From Chloropicon primus (taxonomy: Eukaryota): DNA of 64,000 nt. A model generated the notes under the pieces. The model saw only the letters and a program-made list of their open reading frames with translations. It was not told where the DNA came from and did not search any database. Shown here in pieces: positions 45,562-55,196 of the stretch (within the stretch, counting starts at the first letter, position 1; each line of letters starts with the position of its first letter). The position numbers were made by a program, and so were the translations under genes. The stretch lies in NCBI GenBank assembly GCA_023205875.1, contig CP060765.1:186001-250000 (forward strand). Reading direction: 5' to 3'.

Positions 45562-46155
45562 ATGATGGAGGAGACGATGGAGAGCAAGAGGCAGAGGACA
45601 GAGGAAAGGGATACGTTGGAGGTGCTGCCGGGGGTACTGTGGAGCGTCATTGGCAAGCATGTGGCCGACTACGACCGGGTCGCTTTCGGGTTGACCTGCA
45701 AAACGTTCCTCGAGGCGGTGACAATGGCGACGAGCCCCGAGTGGAAGAAGGGAGCGGCGAAAAGGTGGAGCTGGGAAGAGTACTCCGACCACTCGTACGA
45801 CTCTGACCTGCTGCACCTCGCCGCTTTCCAGGGCAGCAAGAAGGTGATCAAGTGGTTGGTGAGTCACGCACGGGGTATTCCTTTGAATATCTGGCGCCTT
45901 GCTCATGGAGTGGTAGCAGCTGCTGCAGGAGGTCATATTGAGTTGCTCGAATGGTTGAACTGAGCGAGGGGTGCGGGTCTGATGAAGAGACTTGTTCTGA
46001 AGTGGGCTCGAGGAGGTGGCCACCTTGACGTTCTCTCGAAGCGGGCTCGAAGCCAGGACCCGCCTTGTGATTGGGACCCAGAGGACTGCATAAGAGCGGC
46101 GGAGAAGTCTTATAACTACCGCCACGTCGTCGATTGGATCAAGGCTAATTCTTAA
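45562..46155 (+). pseudogene. Disrupted F-box-like/ankyrin-repeat gene, paralog of 55197-56123
   Basis: Shares AFGLTCKTF, AAFQGS, GGHIELLEWL and RSQDPPCDW motifs. TGA at 45961, with the expected SEGCxxDEETCS segment in another frame. Confidence 0.75.
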
Positions 46156-46246
46156 CCAAGAACAATGTCTCACGACGAACCTGTCGTCGACCTTCGCTTC
46201 TGATTCCTGATTCCTCCTCCTTTCTCCTCTTCTCGACCGTCCGTGT

Positions 46247-46642
46247 ATGATTCTCTCACCGAATCTTTCTCTCACGGAGCAAGAAGTTAAAGAGGTGGTG
46301 AGGAAGGGAGAGAGTGGATCCAACGTTGCTAAGATTCACGTGAGCTTACGGGGTGGCCTGACAGAGGAAGACAGGCTCCGGGCCTTTGTTCACGCTCAAG
46401 CTATCAAGCACACCGCTTTCGAGTATTTGAAGGAGAAACGGCGCAAGTTGGACAAGGAAGGTATATCTGACATTGTTGCAGAGGCCAACAAATTCTACGA
46501 GGAGGATGGAACGCACAAAACCTCAGCTTGGAGTCGCTTCTTCCGACAGATCAAGAAGGCCGGCTGGGATGTGAGCAAAGTCTACAATAGAGACCAAGGG
46601 TACAGGGCGGACATCTGTGATCAGGTGGACATGGACGAGTAA
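46247..46642 (+). pseudogene. 3' fragment resembling the C-terminus of RUS/DUF647 proteins
   Basis: Pattern V.L..G...ED.LRAFVHA...F...I..AGWD....D.GYR recalls the RUS1-family C-terminus. No N-terminal part is present upstream. Confidence 0.5.
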
Positions 46643-46724
46643 AGAGTATTTTTGTGAGCTGTATATATTACATAAATCAGATAAGATCGTCGAGCCTGCA
46701 CTCCCATCAGCTTGGACCGGCCCG
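46609..46724. repeat. 116-bp direct repeat, left copy
   Basis: Matches 47269-47384 with one mismatch (46673 T vs 47333 C). Confidence 0.95.
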
Positions 46725-47268
46725 GTATTATGAACAATTTTTTTTTATCCGCTTTTCAGCGGATCAGCGGATTTTAAAAATAAAAAAAAGCGCGCGCACC
46801 GTTGTGATTGTGTCTGCTGTTCTCCATCCGTCTGCGCATCGGCATTGACCACGATATATGAGACATAGTCGTCGCAAGCTGTTGTGTTTGAACCACATGT
46901 CCGTGCAGGCGATTCGATACGAATTGTCACGCGGGCATCCAAATCAATGCCGAAAATGGCTTGTGTATTTGTGTGAACAGTCTGATTCGGCATGATATCT
47001 GCTGTGTGAGGTATCCCCCAAAACATCATATTTGGGTGTTCGTCAACGAATTCATACGGCAGCCGGTACACACTTGACCCTATACGCACACGGGCTTGTG
47101 TATCAGCGAAATGGAGCTGAAGGCGAAATACGGCACCCTTTGAAATCATGTAGTCAGTTGCCGTCACCGCACTCCAATTACCCGTTGACGCATCCATCAC
47201 TTCCCCATGTGACAGAATCGCATTCTGCATCTGAAACGGTACAAAATCTGTGATGTCCTCTATTGTAT
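46725..47268 (-). mobile_element. 544-bp compositionally foreign insert carrying a 5'-truncated ORF on the minus strand
   Basis: Lies exactly between the direct repeats. Hand counts of three lines give ~43-50% GC, many codons end in A/T, the frame is open across the insert, and there is an A/T-flanked hairpin at one end. Confidence 0.6.
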
Positions 47269-47384
47269 GGACATCTGTGATCAGGTGGACATGGACGAGT
47301 AAAGAGTATTTTTGTGAGCTGTATATATTACACAAATCAGATAAGATCGTCGAGCCTGCACTCCCATCAGCTTGGACCGGCCCG
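47269..47384. repeat. 116-bp direct repeat, right copy
   Basis: Matches 46609-46724. Confidence 0.95.
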
Positions 47385-47717
47385 TCCTCCCTCCCTTGTA
47401 CGTCTGCAATCAATCGAGGAGGGCCCCCTCTCGAGTTGTCCTTTGAGGAGAAAAGAACGTCCTCTCGTTTACGTGGGGGTCTTGGCCTACATATACACCC
47501 CTTGCCGAGTTCTGATGGGATCGGGTATTTTCACGTAGGTATGAACGTATGATGAAAGAGGGAGAGAGTTTGGCCTACATATACCTTTCTTACGCGTAAA
47601 TGAATTGCGAGAGAAAGGGGGGAGGAGCACCTCGGTGCCATGAATTCCCAAGCTCGTACCTTGGTTGGATGTTGGAGTGTTTTGAGTAGGAAAACACATG
47701 TTGTCAAAATTCAACGG

Positions 47718-47761
<44 letters not shown>

Positions 47762-48014
47762 AAACCGTTCTCTCTCTCCCTCTCCTCTTGAAGCGACCCC
47801 CCCCCCCTTTGTTTCTTGCTCTGTCGGATTTCGAGAACTTCCGCTGAATCTGAATCATAACGGCCCGAGGCAACGAGGAGGGGAACACGAGGGGGACGAG
47901 ACGAGGAGGAGAAAGAAAGGAGGACGGGAGCGCGCGGAGGAGGAAGAGAGGGAGAGGCGGAGGCCCAAACAGAAGGAAGCGTCTTCTCTCGCTCGACGAG
48001 GAGAACGGGAGTTT

Positions 48015-48770
48015 GTGCCGTTCGGAAGGGATGGTGTTGGTGACGTGGGATACGTCGACGATGGGGAGGGGGAGGCGAGGGGCGACCCCACCGTGGATTC
48101 TCTTGTCAACTCGTGGAAATATTGGAACCCTGAGTTTGGAAAACTGAAGGACCGGCGTCCCAGTTGTAACACGGGCCCCTCCAAGAAAAAAGGAGGACTT
48201 CCTCGGGGAGTGTTGAAGCGTCGTGAAAGGTACCATGCGACGATTTCAGGACTAATGGTTCCGAACGAATTATCGTCATTGGGAACCTTTGACACCAAGG
48301 AAGCAGCCGCGGCGCGATATGGCCTCGCTGCCACCTTGTCTCGCGGGAGATCTGCGACACTGAATTGCAGAGTGGGCGACAAACCACTACCTGACACACT
48401 TCTGAGAGACTTCGCTGCTGTGTTGTTTCCCGGAGAAGCCACGAAATCCAATGGCGAAAGGGACGAGGAAGGACTTGACAAAGTACTTGACGACCTCGCT
48501 GCTGCATTGCCTCACGGGAGAGGCGCAGAACTCAATGGCAAAAGAGACGACAAAATTCTTGACAAGCTGCTTGACGAGTTTGGAAAGAGGACGCCCGGGG
48601 AACGATTTGAAATGGCGAATAAGCTAGTTCCAGGTAAGAAGTGGAAAGGATTTCACCGCCAATATCTTGACCGCATCAATGGCAAAGGGGACAAGAAACA
48701 AAAGAGTCCTGTGTGCGGGAAGAGGAAGGCGAGAAGCGACCCCATCTTAGACTCTCTTGTCCGATCCTAG
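48015..48770 (+). CDS. Divergent AP2-domain protein (start unresolved)
   Basis: PRGV.KR..RYHATI....LGTFDTKEAAAARYGLAA....GRSATLN fits the AP2 pattern. No in-frame ATG precedes the domain. Confidence 0.65.
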   Translation: MPFGRDGVGDVGYVDDGEGEARGDPTVDSLVNSWKYWNPEFGKLKDRRPSCNTGPSKKKGGLPRGVLKRRERYHATISGLMVPNELSSLGTFDTKEAAAARYGLAATLSRGRSATLNCRVGDKPLPDTLLRDFAAVLFPGEATKSNGERDEEGLDKVLDDLAAALPHGRGAELNGKRDDKILDKLLDEFGKRTPGERFEMANKLVPGKKWKGFHRQYLDRINGKGDKKQKSPVCGKRKARSDPILDSLVRS

Positions 48771-48871
48771 AGCATTCCTAAGCCGATCCTAATCCTAAGC
48801 CGATCCTAGAGAGCATTCCCAAATTTTGCCTTCTTTGACATCGAAGGGCTCCGCAAATGGCAAAAAAAAAG

Positions 48872-48979
48872 TGCTTCCAATGAGATTTGAACTCATGACC
48901 TTCACCTCGATGTTTTTCATTCTAACGTCATAGAGCGAAAATACTAAAGTGACGCTACTACCAACTGAGCTATGGAAGC
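48872..48979 (-). tRNA. tRNA-Thr(AGT) with 34-nt intron (48908-48941)
   Basis: Acceptor GCTTCCA/TGGAAGC+A, D arm TAGCTCAGTTGGTAGTAGC, anticodon stem TCACT/GGTGA with loop TT-AGT-A^A, T arm ATGAG-TTCAAAT-CTCAT. Followed by a T-run terminator, with a TATA-like run upstream. Confidence 0.92.
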
Positions 48980-49225
48980 AACAACACATGTTTTCTACTC
49001 GAAATTTTACATATATATAACCCACGCCAAGTTGGGGAAGGGGGGACTCGAAGTAGGTTTCTCTGTCACCCGAAGACGACGACGCCGACGACGCCGACGA
49101 CGCAAGTGAAGTGAAGTGAAGTGAAGTGAAGTGGTTGGCATCCGGTCTTGCCCTCCTCGCGTGCATACGTGATTCCGTGGCCCCTTTCTGCTCGCGTTGC
49201 CACGACGACGACGACGACGCACTCC

Positions 49226-49263
<38 letters not shown>

Positions 49264-49460
49264 CTCTGCGTCGTCTCTCTGCGTCTCTGCCTCCGTCCAA
49301 CCACACAAGGTAAGCTAAGCCCAGCCCGTCCTCCTCGCGACCACCGTGCCTCCATCCCGTCCTCCCTGACTGACTGACACCTCTCTCTCCATCCTCCACC
49401 CTTGTTTTTTTTGTTCGTCATCATCAGAAGAAGAAGAGTAAGCTAATCCCAACCCGTCCG

Positions 49461-49670
49461 ATGTCTTTCTTCCTTGGGACGTTCTTCTTCGTGCTCCTGG
49501 AGTGCATCTTCGTGGCGTGGGTTCAGCTCCGGCGCACCACCGAGAAGCCTTTGAAGCACACGCTGTACGGCACAGCGGTGTTCTGCTGCTGGATCTCGTG
49601 GGCCATGGTCTACGCCTCGCAGATCCACACCGCGATGTACGTCACGCCGGTGCCCAAGACGCCAGAGTAG
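49461..49670 (+). CDS. V-type H+-ATPase subunit e
   Basis: 69 aa, two TM segments, TAVFCCWISWAMVYASQIH signature. Probable 5'UTR intron (GTAAG at ~49310). Confidence 0.8.
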   Translation: MSFFLGTFFFVLLECIFVAWVQLRRTTEKPLKHTLYGTAVFCCWISWAMVYASQIHTAMYVTPVPKTPE

Positions 49671-49997
49671 CAACCGGGGCTACCGCGAACTATGTAATCC
49701 TCCTAGTATAACAATATCATCATTAGAGGTAGAAAGCGAGCGAGCCGGTGCCGGGCGAGGACTCACGCGGCATGGCAACTCAAACAACGCACTTGTCCTG
49801 AGCCTAGAGTTCTCCTACTACCCACGCGCCACGCTTCAAGACCTTTCCCCTTGACCAAGAAGAAGTCTCCTCGTATTACCTGGGAGGGGCCTAACTGCCA
49901 GCCACAAAGCTTCTCATCGTCGTAACTGAGCCTGAGGCCGTGCAGTCGCCTGGCACACAGCCCTACGCCAGTTAGAGCTGCCACCACCAGAAACCCC

Positions 49998-50037
<40 letters not shown>

Positions 50038-50321
50038 CTCAATCATTGCCTCCTCCTCCTAACCTCCTCCTGTCCTCAACAACAACAACAACAACAACAA
50101 AGCAAAAGTGTCCTTCCTTCCTTCTTCAAGTCTATTCCTATATCACAAGAGAGAACAGCAACAACCTCCTTACCATACTACGGTATGAACAAACCTCCTA
50201 TTCGTATACGATGCCTGCCTCCTTGCTGCTCCCCATGCTCCTCACCACCACCCTCTATGGTACAGCAACAAGAGCCCCCAGCCCTCTGAACACGGACCCT
50301 TGCCCTCCTCCTCCTCCTCCC

Positions 50322-50609
50322 TCAGTCCACCTGCATCTTGAGGGCAGCCTCTGCCATGAGCCTCTCCCTTGCTTTTGCCTTTGACGCGGCGTTCTTGATC
50401 TTGATCCCCTTGACGACGGAGTTCCTCTTGAGCTTAATGCCCCTCTTGCTCTTCCTCTTGACGACCAAAGCACCCAACTTGTTCTTGCGTTCGGTCTGCT
50501 TCTTCCTCTTTTCTGCCTTTTCCTTGCGTTCTTCGGCGAGCTTCTTTTCCCTCTCGGCGTTGAAGGCGTGCTGGTTGCGCCGCGTGCTCAGCTTGTTCTT
50601 CTTCGACAT
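50322..50609 (-). CDS. Small basic Lys/Arg-rich hypothetical protein (95 aa)
   Basis: ATG-started ORF with strong host codon bias. Confidence 0.7.
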   Translation of the reverse strand: MSKKNKLSTRRNQHAFNAEREKKLAEERKEKAEKRKKQTERKNKLGALVVKRKSKRGIKLKRNSVVKGIKIKNAASKAKARERLMAEAALKMQVD

Positions 50610-50748
50610 TGGGTCAACTCCTCGCCTTGCCTCCTCCCTGCACTCCCCTCACCTTGTCCCTCTTCCTCTCTTCCTCTTCGCCGCCTCTGCCTCTCTGCAG
50701 ACTCCAGCTGATCGAGGGTGTGTGTGTGTGTGTGTGTGGCGGTGGGTG

Positions 50749-50997
50749 ATGCTTCCCGGTTCCGGGTTCCTTTCCCTCGTGAGGAAGACCTCCGTCGCTC
50801 TCCGGCGTTTGGACAAGGACCTCCAAGTCGTGGTCGAGATACTGAGTCCCGGTCCTTTGATGGAAAGGAACAAGAACGAGGAAACCATCGACAAGGAACA
50901 ACTCAGCGAGAGGAAGGACTCCGCGAGGGAACACCTCGAACGAGCTCAAGACGCCTGGAGGGGAATCCGCGACAGGGAGACGTACCACAACACCTGA
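50749..50997 (+). CDS. Small hypothetical protein (82 aa)
   Basis: ATG at 50749 and host-like codons. LRRLDKDLQVVVEILSPGPL recalls a small uncharacterised plant protein family (from memory, unverified). Confidence 0.55.
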   Translation: MLPGSGFLSLVRKTSVALRRLDKDLQVVVEILSPGPLMERNKNEETIDKEQLSERKDSAREHLERAQDAWRGIRDRETYHNT

Positions 50998-51037
50998 CGA
51001 CGGAGGGGACAAACGATAGCCTCGGCCAGCAGCAGCA

Positions 51038-51068
<31 letters not shown>

Positions 51069-51099
51069 CTTCTTCTTCTTCTTCTTCTTCTTCGTTAAG

Positions 51100-52050
51100 A
51101 TGGCGATGGCAGCAGCAGCGCGAGGTGGTGATGGTTGTGTTCGCTCCTCCTGTCAGGAAGACTTGCTGGTCCTGAGCAAGCTGTTGAGGAAGAACAGGAG
51201 CCAGCATCGGAGGGGTCGCTACTTTAGGGAGCTGGACATGCTAGCTCGGTCGCTCAAGGCGTACCTCGGTCGAGTCACTGCTCTGCAAGGGACCCACAGG
51301 GATGCCCTGCTGGTGAGTTGTGCCCAGCTGGAGCGCCTGGGACTTCTGGTTGCGAGGTGTGCCTCCACGTTGACGTCCCTTCTGGCGAGGACGCACTTCA
51401 TGCCGTTCTCCCTCGTTGCTCTGACCCTTGTGGCGAGGCTAAGGGTCCTCCTGGCGCACGAGCTGTCGGAGAGCGTCCGGTCGTACAACAACAACACCAG
51501 CACTGGCTCTTGTGGCAGAGCCCCGGAGTTCATGCGGTTGAGCTGGACCGAGGCACCGTACCCCAAAGTGTGCTGCCACTTTCCGGAGGACTTCAGGGAC
51601 ACCCAGGTCGAGCGGGAGGAGAGGGACTTGCGAGAAGAGGAGGACGAGCTGTGCGTGATCGACGACAAGTGCCGAGGAGGAGAGGAGGAGGACCTGGGGG
51701 AGGCCCTTGAGCGTCGTAAGAAGAAGGCCAAGATGGAGCCACCAAAACCAGAACCAAAGCTTCCTTCGCCAAAGCTTCCTTCGCGAAAGCCACCCAAGCA
51801 GCAGCCCAAGCAGGAGCCCAAGCAGGAGCTCAAGCCCCTTGATGGCGCTCGCTCGAACGTCGCTTTCGTGGCCGTGGAAGCTTCCTCCTCCAGCAGCATC
51901 AAGAAGAAGAAGAAGCCCAGCAACGCCTGGCGGGCCCTCGTGCCCTTGCAGAAACCTGGTCAGGGCGACGACTCGAAAGCGGCGTCTGAAATCGATGACA
52001 TCTTCAAGCAGCTGTCGTCAAAGAAGAAGAAGAAGAACAAGAAGCTGTAA
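51100..52050 (+). CDS. RNase MRP subunit RMP1/NEPRO (DUF4477)-like nucleolar protein
   Basis: L..L..KNRSQHRR..YF and FMPFSLVAL..VARL motifs, with an EIDDIF + poly-Lys C-terminus. Confidence 0.7.
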   Translation: MAMAAAARGGDGCVRSSCQEDLLVLSKLLRKNRSQHRRGRYFRELDMLARSLKAYLGRVTALQGTHRDALLVSCAQLERLGLLVARCASTLTSLLARTHFMPFSLVALTLVARLRVLLAHELSESVRSYNNNTSTGSCGRAPEFMRLSWTEAPYPKVCCHFPEDFRDTQVEREERDLREEEDELCVIDDKCRGGEEEDLGEALERRKKKAKMEPPKPEPKLPSPKLPSRKPPKQQPKQEPKQELKPLDGARSNVAFVAVEASSSSSIKKKKKPSNAWRALVPLQKPGQGDDSKAASEIDDIFKQLSSKKKKKNKKL

Positions 52051-52710
52051 AAGGTGCTTGCTTCACCACTCCACACAGAGCTTTGGCTGGACTCGACCTC
52101 CAGGATAGAGGATGGCGATTGGATTGTGCCCCCAAGGTGCCATCCTCTCACGTAAACACCATCTCACAACATTGGGACGACCTCGTGGCGATGATGCAGA
52201 CTTGGGAATGGCGAGGGCCCTGGCAAGGACGGTGGGGACGTCGCAGAGGATTCCGGAGGATTCCGAAGATTTCAAAGTCTCATCGAGGTCCTCTCAAAAT
52301 CCTTTACTTGTTTTATACTACACCACACATATTCTCTTCTTCTGATGATGATGATGATCATCATCATCATCATCATCATCATCATCTGTAAAAGATGCTT
52401 GCTTCACCACTCCACACAGAGCTTTGGCTGGACTCGACCTCCAGGATAGAGGATGGCGATTGGATTGTGCCCCCAAGGTGCCATCCTCTCACGTAAACAC
52501 CATCTCACAACATTGGGACGACCTCGTGGCGATGATGCAGACTTGGGAATGGCGAGGGCCCTGGCAAGGACGGTGGGGACGTCGCAGAGGATTCCGGAGG
52601 ATTCCGAAGATTTCAAAGTCTCATCGAGGTCCTCTCAAAATCCTTTACTTGTTTTATACTACACCACACATATTCTCTTCTTCTGATGATGATCATCATC
52701 ATCATCATCT
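52045..52710. repeat. Tandem duplication (341-bp period) in a convergent 3' intergenic region
   Basis: Copies start at 52045 and 52386 and differ by a SNP and the length of a (TGA)n(TCA)n microsatellite. Confidence 0.93.
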
Positions 52711-52757
52711 ATAAAACCAGCCCAGCCCAAGCGCTCGGGAACCGCTCCCTCTCACGA

Positions 52758-54314
52758 TCACTTCCTCGACTTTCTCAGCTCCAGCTTCTTCGAGTTGCTT
52801 TTCAGCACCTCCCTATCGAGCAAAGACTCGTTGTCCGAGTTGTCGCTGTCACCTCCGTTGTCCACGACGCCGAGGAAGACCCTCATGTTTCCTGGCCCGG
52901 GGTCCGGCAAGTCCTTGGTGGTTATGGAGGCCTTGGCGGCCTCATCATCCTGGACATACTCCACCGCCTTCATCATCTTGGCCTCCATGAGGATCATCAT
53001 CTCTGAGATCGTGTCGTTCTCTATCGCGTCCATCAGGGTCGCGTTCAGCTGAGTCTGCAGCAAGTTGTCGTCCTTGGATATCTTGATCTCCGCCAGCTTC
53101 TCGAACAGGTGAAGAATTCCCGTCTTGATCTCGATCAGAAGCTTGGCCGATTGCTCGAAGTGGTCCCTCATGAGGATGCACTGATCCTCCTCCTGGTGCA
53201 GAATCTTCTCGAACTGGTCGGCGACCTTGTGGTTGTCACCCGACAGGCTCCCGGTGTACTTCATCTCCTCGAGCCTCGACTTGAGGAGGGCCTTCTCCTC
53301 CAGCTTCTGGTCCACCTTGGCCTGGTTCTCCTTGACGAGCTGCCTGAGGTTCGTCTTCGTCTCGTCCTGGTTCAAGACCTTCTGCACGAGCTCGTTCACC
53401 TCGTAAATTCCCGTGGCCTCCTTGATCTTCTGGAATGCCTCCTCGTACGTCGTCACTTTGTTGCTGATGATCTCGTCCTGCTTCTTCTGCTTGGCTTTCA
53501 CTTGCTTCTGGATCTTCAGGTCGGTATACACCATCTCAGCCTCCTTGGAGATCGCCTCGTACTTTTCCTTCTCCCTCTTTCTAATCTTCGCGTGCAGCTC
53601 CTTCTTCGCTTTCATCTGCTGCTTCCTCTCCTTGAGCTCTCGAAACCTCAGATTCCTTTCGGTGGCCACCTGGTCCGCGATGGAATGAAGCTCCAGCTTC
53701 GCCACCTCTCTGGCATGGTTCGCATCGTGTGACATGAGGACCAACTCGCCCAAGTCCACCTCCCTGTCCCGCAGAGTCTTCTCTATCATGCCCAACTGGT
53801 TGTCGAAACTGACCCGGTCCTCCCTCAGCTTCCCGACAATCTGCTCGTACGTCTTGCGGATGCTGTGAGCCTCGTTGTACTTCACCAAGGCCTTGTCCAG
53901 CCTGTTCTCCAGAAGCCTGATGTAACGCATCTGTGGAGAGTCCTCGTCCGTGGGCCGCACAGCGTCCCTCTGCAAGTCCTTGGTGTTGTCCCTCAGCTTC
54001 TCCAGCTCCCTGGAAAGTTTGAGGACGTCCGTGTGGCACTCATCGTAACGCTTCCTCAGGACCCTCGCGTGGCCCACGAGGTTCTTGTACTCGGCCTCGT
54101 TGGGGTCGCCCTTGCTCACCGACGAGCGAACCTTGGCCAGGTTGTTCCTCAACTTTTTGTTCTCGCTCTTGGCCAGAATCATCGTCTCCTTGTTCTGCTT
54201 GATGGTCCACTGGGAGGCCTCGTAGTGGGCCTTCCTGTCATCCTCCAGCAGAGCATACTTCTGCTGAAGCTCAGCAAGCTTGTCCTCCGCAGAATTCCTT
54301 ATCTTGGTCCTCAT
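52758..54314 (-). CDS. Outer dynein arm docking complex coiled-coil subunit (CCDC151/ODAD-like)
   Basis: IRLLENRLDKALVKYNEAHSIRKTYEQIV..L..DR..FDNQL and YEEAFQKIKEATG motifs are typical of ODA-DC proteins. Confidence 0.78.
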   Translation of the reverse strand: MRTKIRNSAEDKLAELQQKYALLEDDRKAHYEASQWTIKQNKETMILAKSENKKLRNNLAKVRSSVSKGDPNEAEYKNLVGHARVLRKRYDECHTDVLKLSRELEKLRDNTKDLQRDAVRPTDEDSPQMRYIRLLENRLDKALVKYNEAHSIRKTYEQIVGKLREDRVSFDNQLGMIEKTLRDREVDLGELVLMSHDANHAREVAKLELHSIADQVATERNLRFRELKERKQQMKAKKELHAKIRKREKEKYEAISKEAEMVYTDLKIQKQVKAKQKKQDEIISNKVTTYEEAFQKIKEATGIYEVNELVQKVLNQDETKTNLRQLVKENQAKVDQKLEEKALLKSRLEEMKYTGSLSGDNHKVADQFEKILHQEEDQCILMRDHFEQSAKLLIEIKTGILHLFEKLAEIKISKDDNLLQTQLNATLMDAIENDTISEMMILMEAKMMKAVEYVQDDEAAKASITTKDLPDPGPGNMRVFLGVVDNGGDSDNSDNESLLDREVLKSNSKKLELRKSRK

Positions 54315-55196
54315 CTTGCTTGCTTCAAAACTTCAGGACACAAAGTCAAGCAAAGTCCGTACCAATCCTCCGAGTGACCTCCCCCACCCCCAAAAAAGTC
54401 CAAAGATAAACAAACACCCTCTCGTCACCTTCAAGGCCTCTGGGCCATGGGCACACACCCCTCCCCGTCCTGCTTGGAAAAACCAAAAACACACAAAACT
54501 TTGTTTTCAGCGCTCACCCTTCCCCTGTAGCGAACCAATTCTCTCGAGGGAGGGCTCTTTCGAAAGAGGGTGAGACAATCCTTCGACCTAGAACCCTTCC
54601 CTTGGTCCCACGCCTCATCTTGGACACATTATTCACGACCCAAAACCCTTACCTCTTGTCTCCTTTTGCCTCGAGTGCCGACTCTCTCGTTCTCTCCACC
54701 TCGGGCTTCGGTCAATTCTTTCTCCTCAACAAGGGTTTACTGCACGGATGACCTGGTTTACAATTTTGTAATCCACGTTTCGAATATGTACACTATAATG
54801 AAGTGTTTACACCATTAAATAGACACAAACGGGGGACTTTTTACGAGGCAACCCCCGAACAAAGTAACGCTTGGTTTCGTCACGTCACTCTCGGCTCAGC
54901 GAATGCATGCATAGGGTGGAGCATCGGGCTTTTTCATCGTCTATGCCTCTTGTCTCCGTCACCGGTACTGCACTCAAGCCGCCGCCTGTCACCAACCAGC
55001 AATCAATCGTATTGTCCTTGTCCCTCCTTTCTTCTGTTGTCTGGGACTGTGAGAGCCTCTCACTGAGGTGAGCACCCTTCTTGTTGCATAGGCCCTAGGT
55101 TGCACCTGGGGGAGGGTGTGTGGCTTCCCTTCGGTTCTTCGAGGAAGAGGGGCATTCGGAGCACCTCTCCCCCTCCTCCCCCTCATCGAGACTACA

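Noticed and set aside
45961..45963. In-frame TGA in the ankyrin paralog as selenocysteine or readthrough
   Set aside because: The family-typical segment after it lies in another frame, indicating compensating indels and decay. No SECIS was recognised.
48940..48952. Reading the tRNA anticodon as TTA (suppressor) or TAG
   Set aside because: The stem TCACT/GGTGA fixes the loop as TT-AGT-A, and the acceptor stem is Thr-like.
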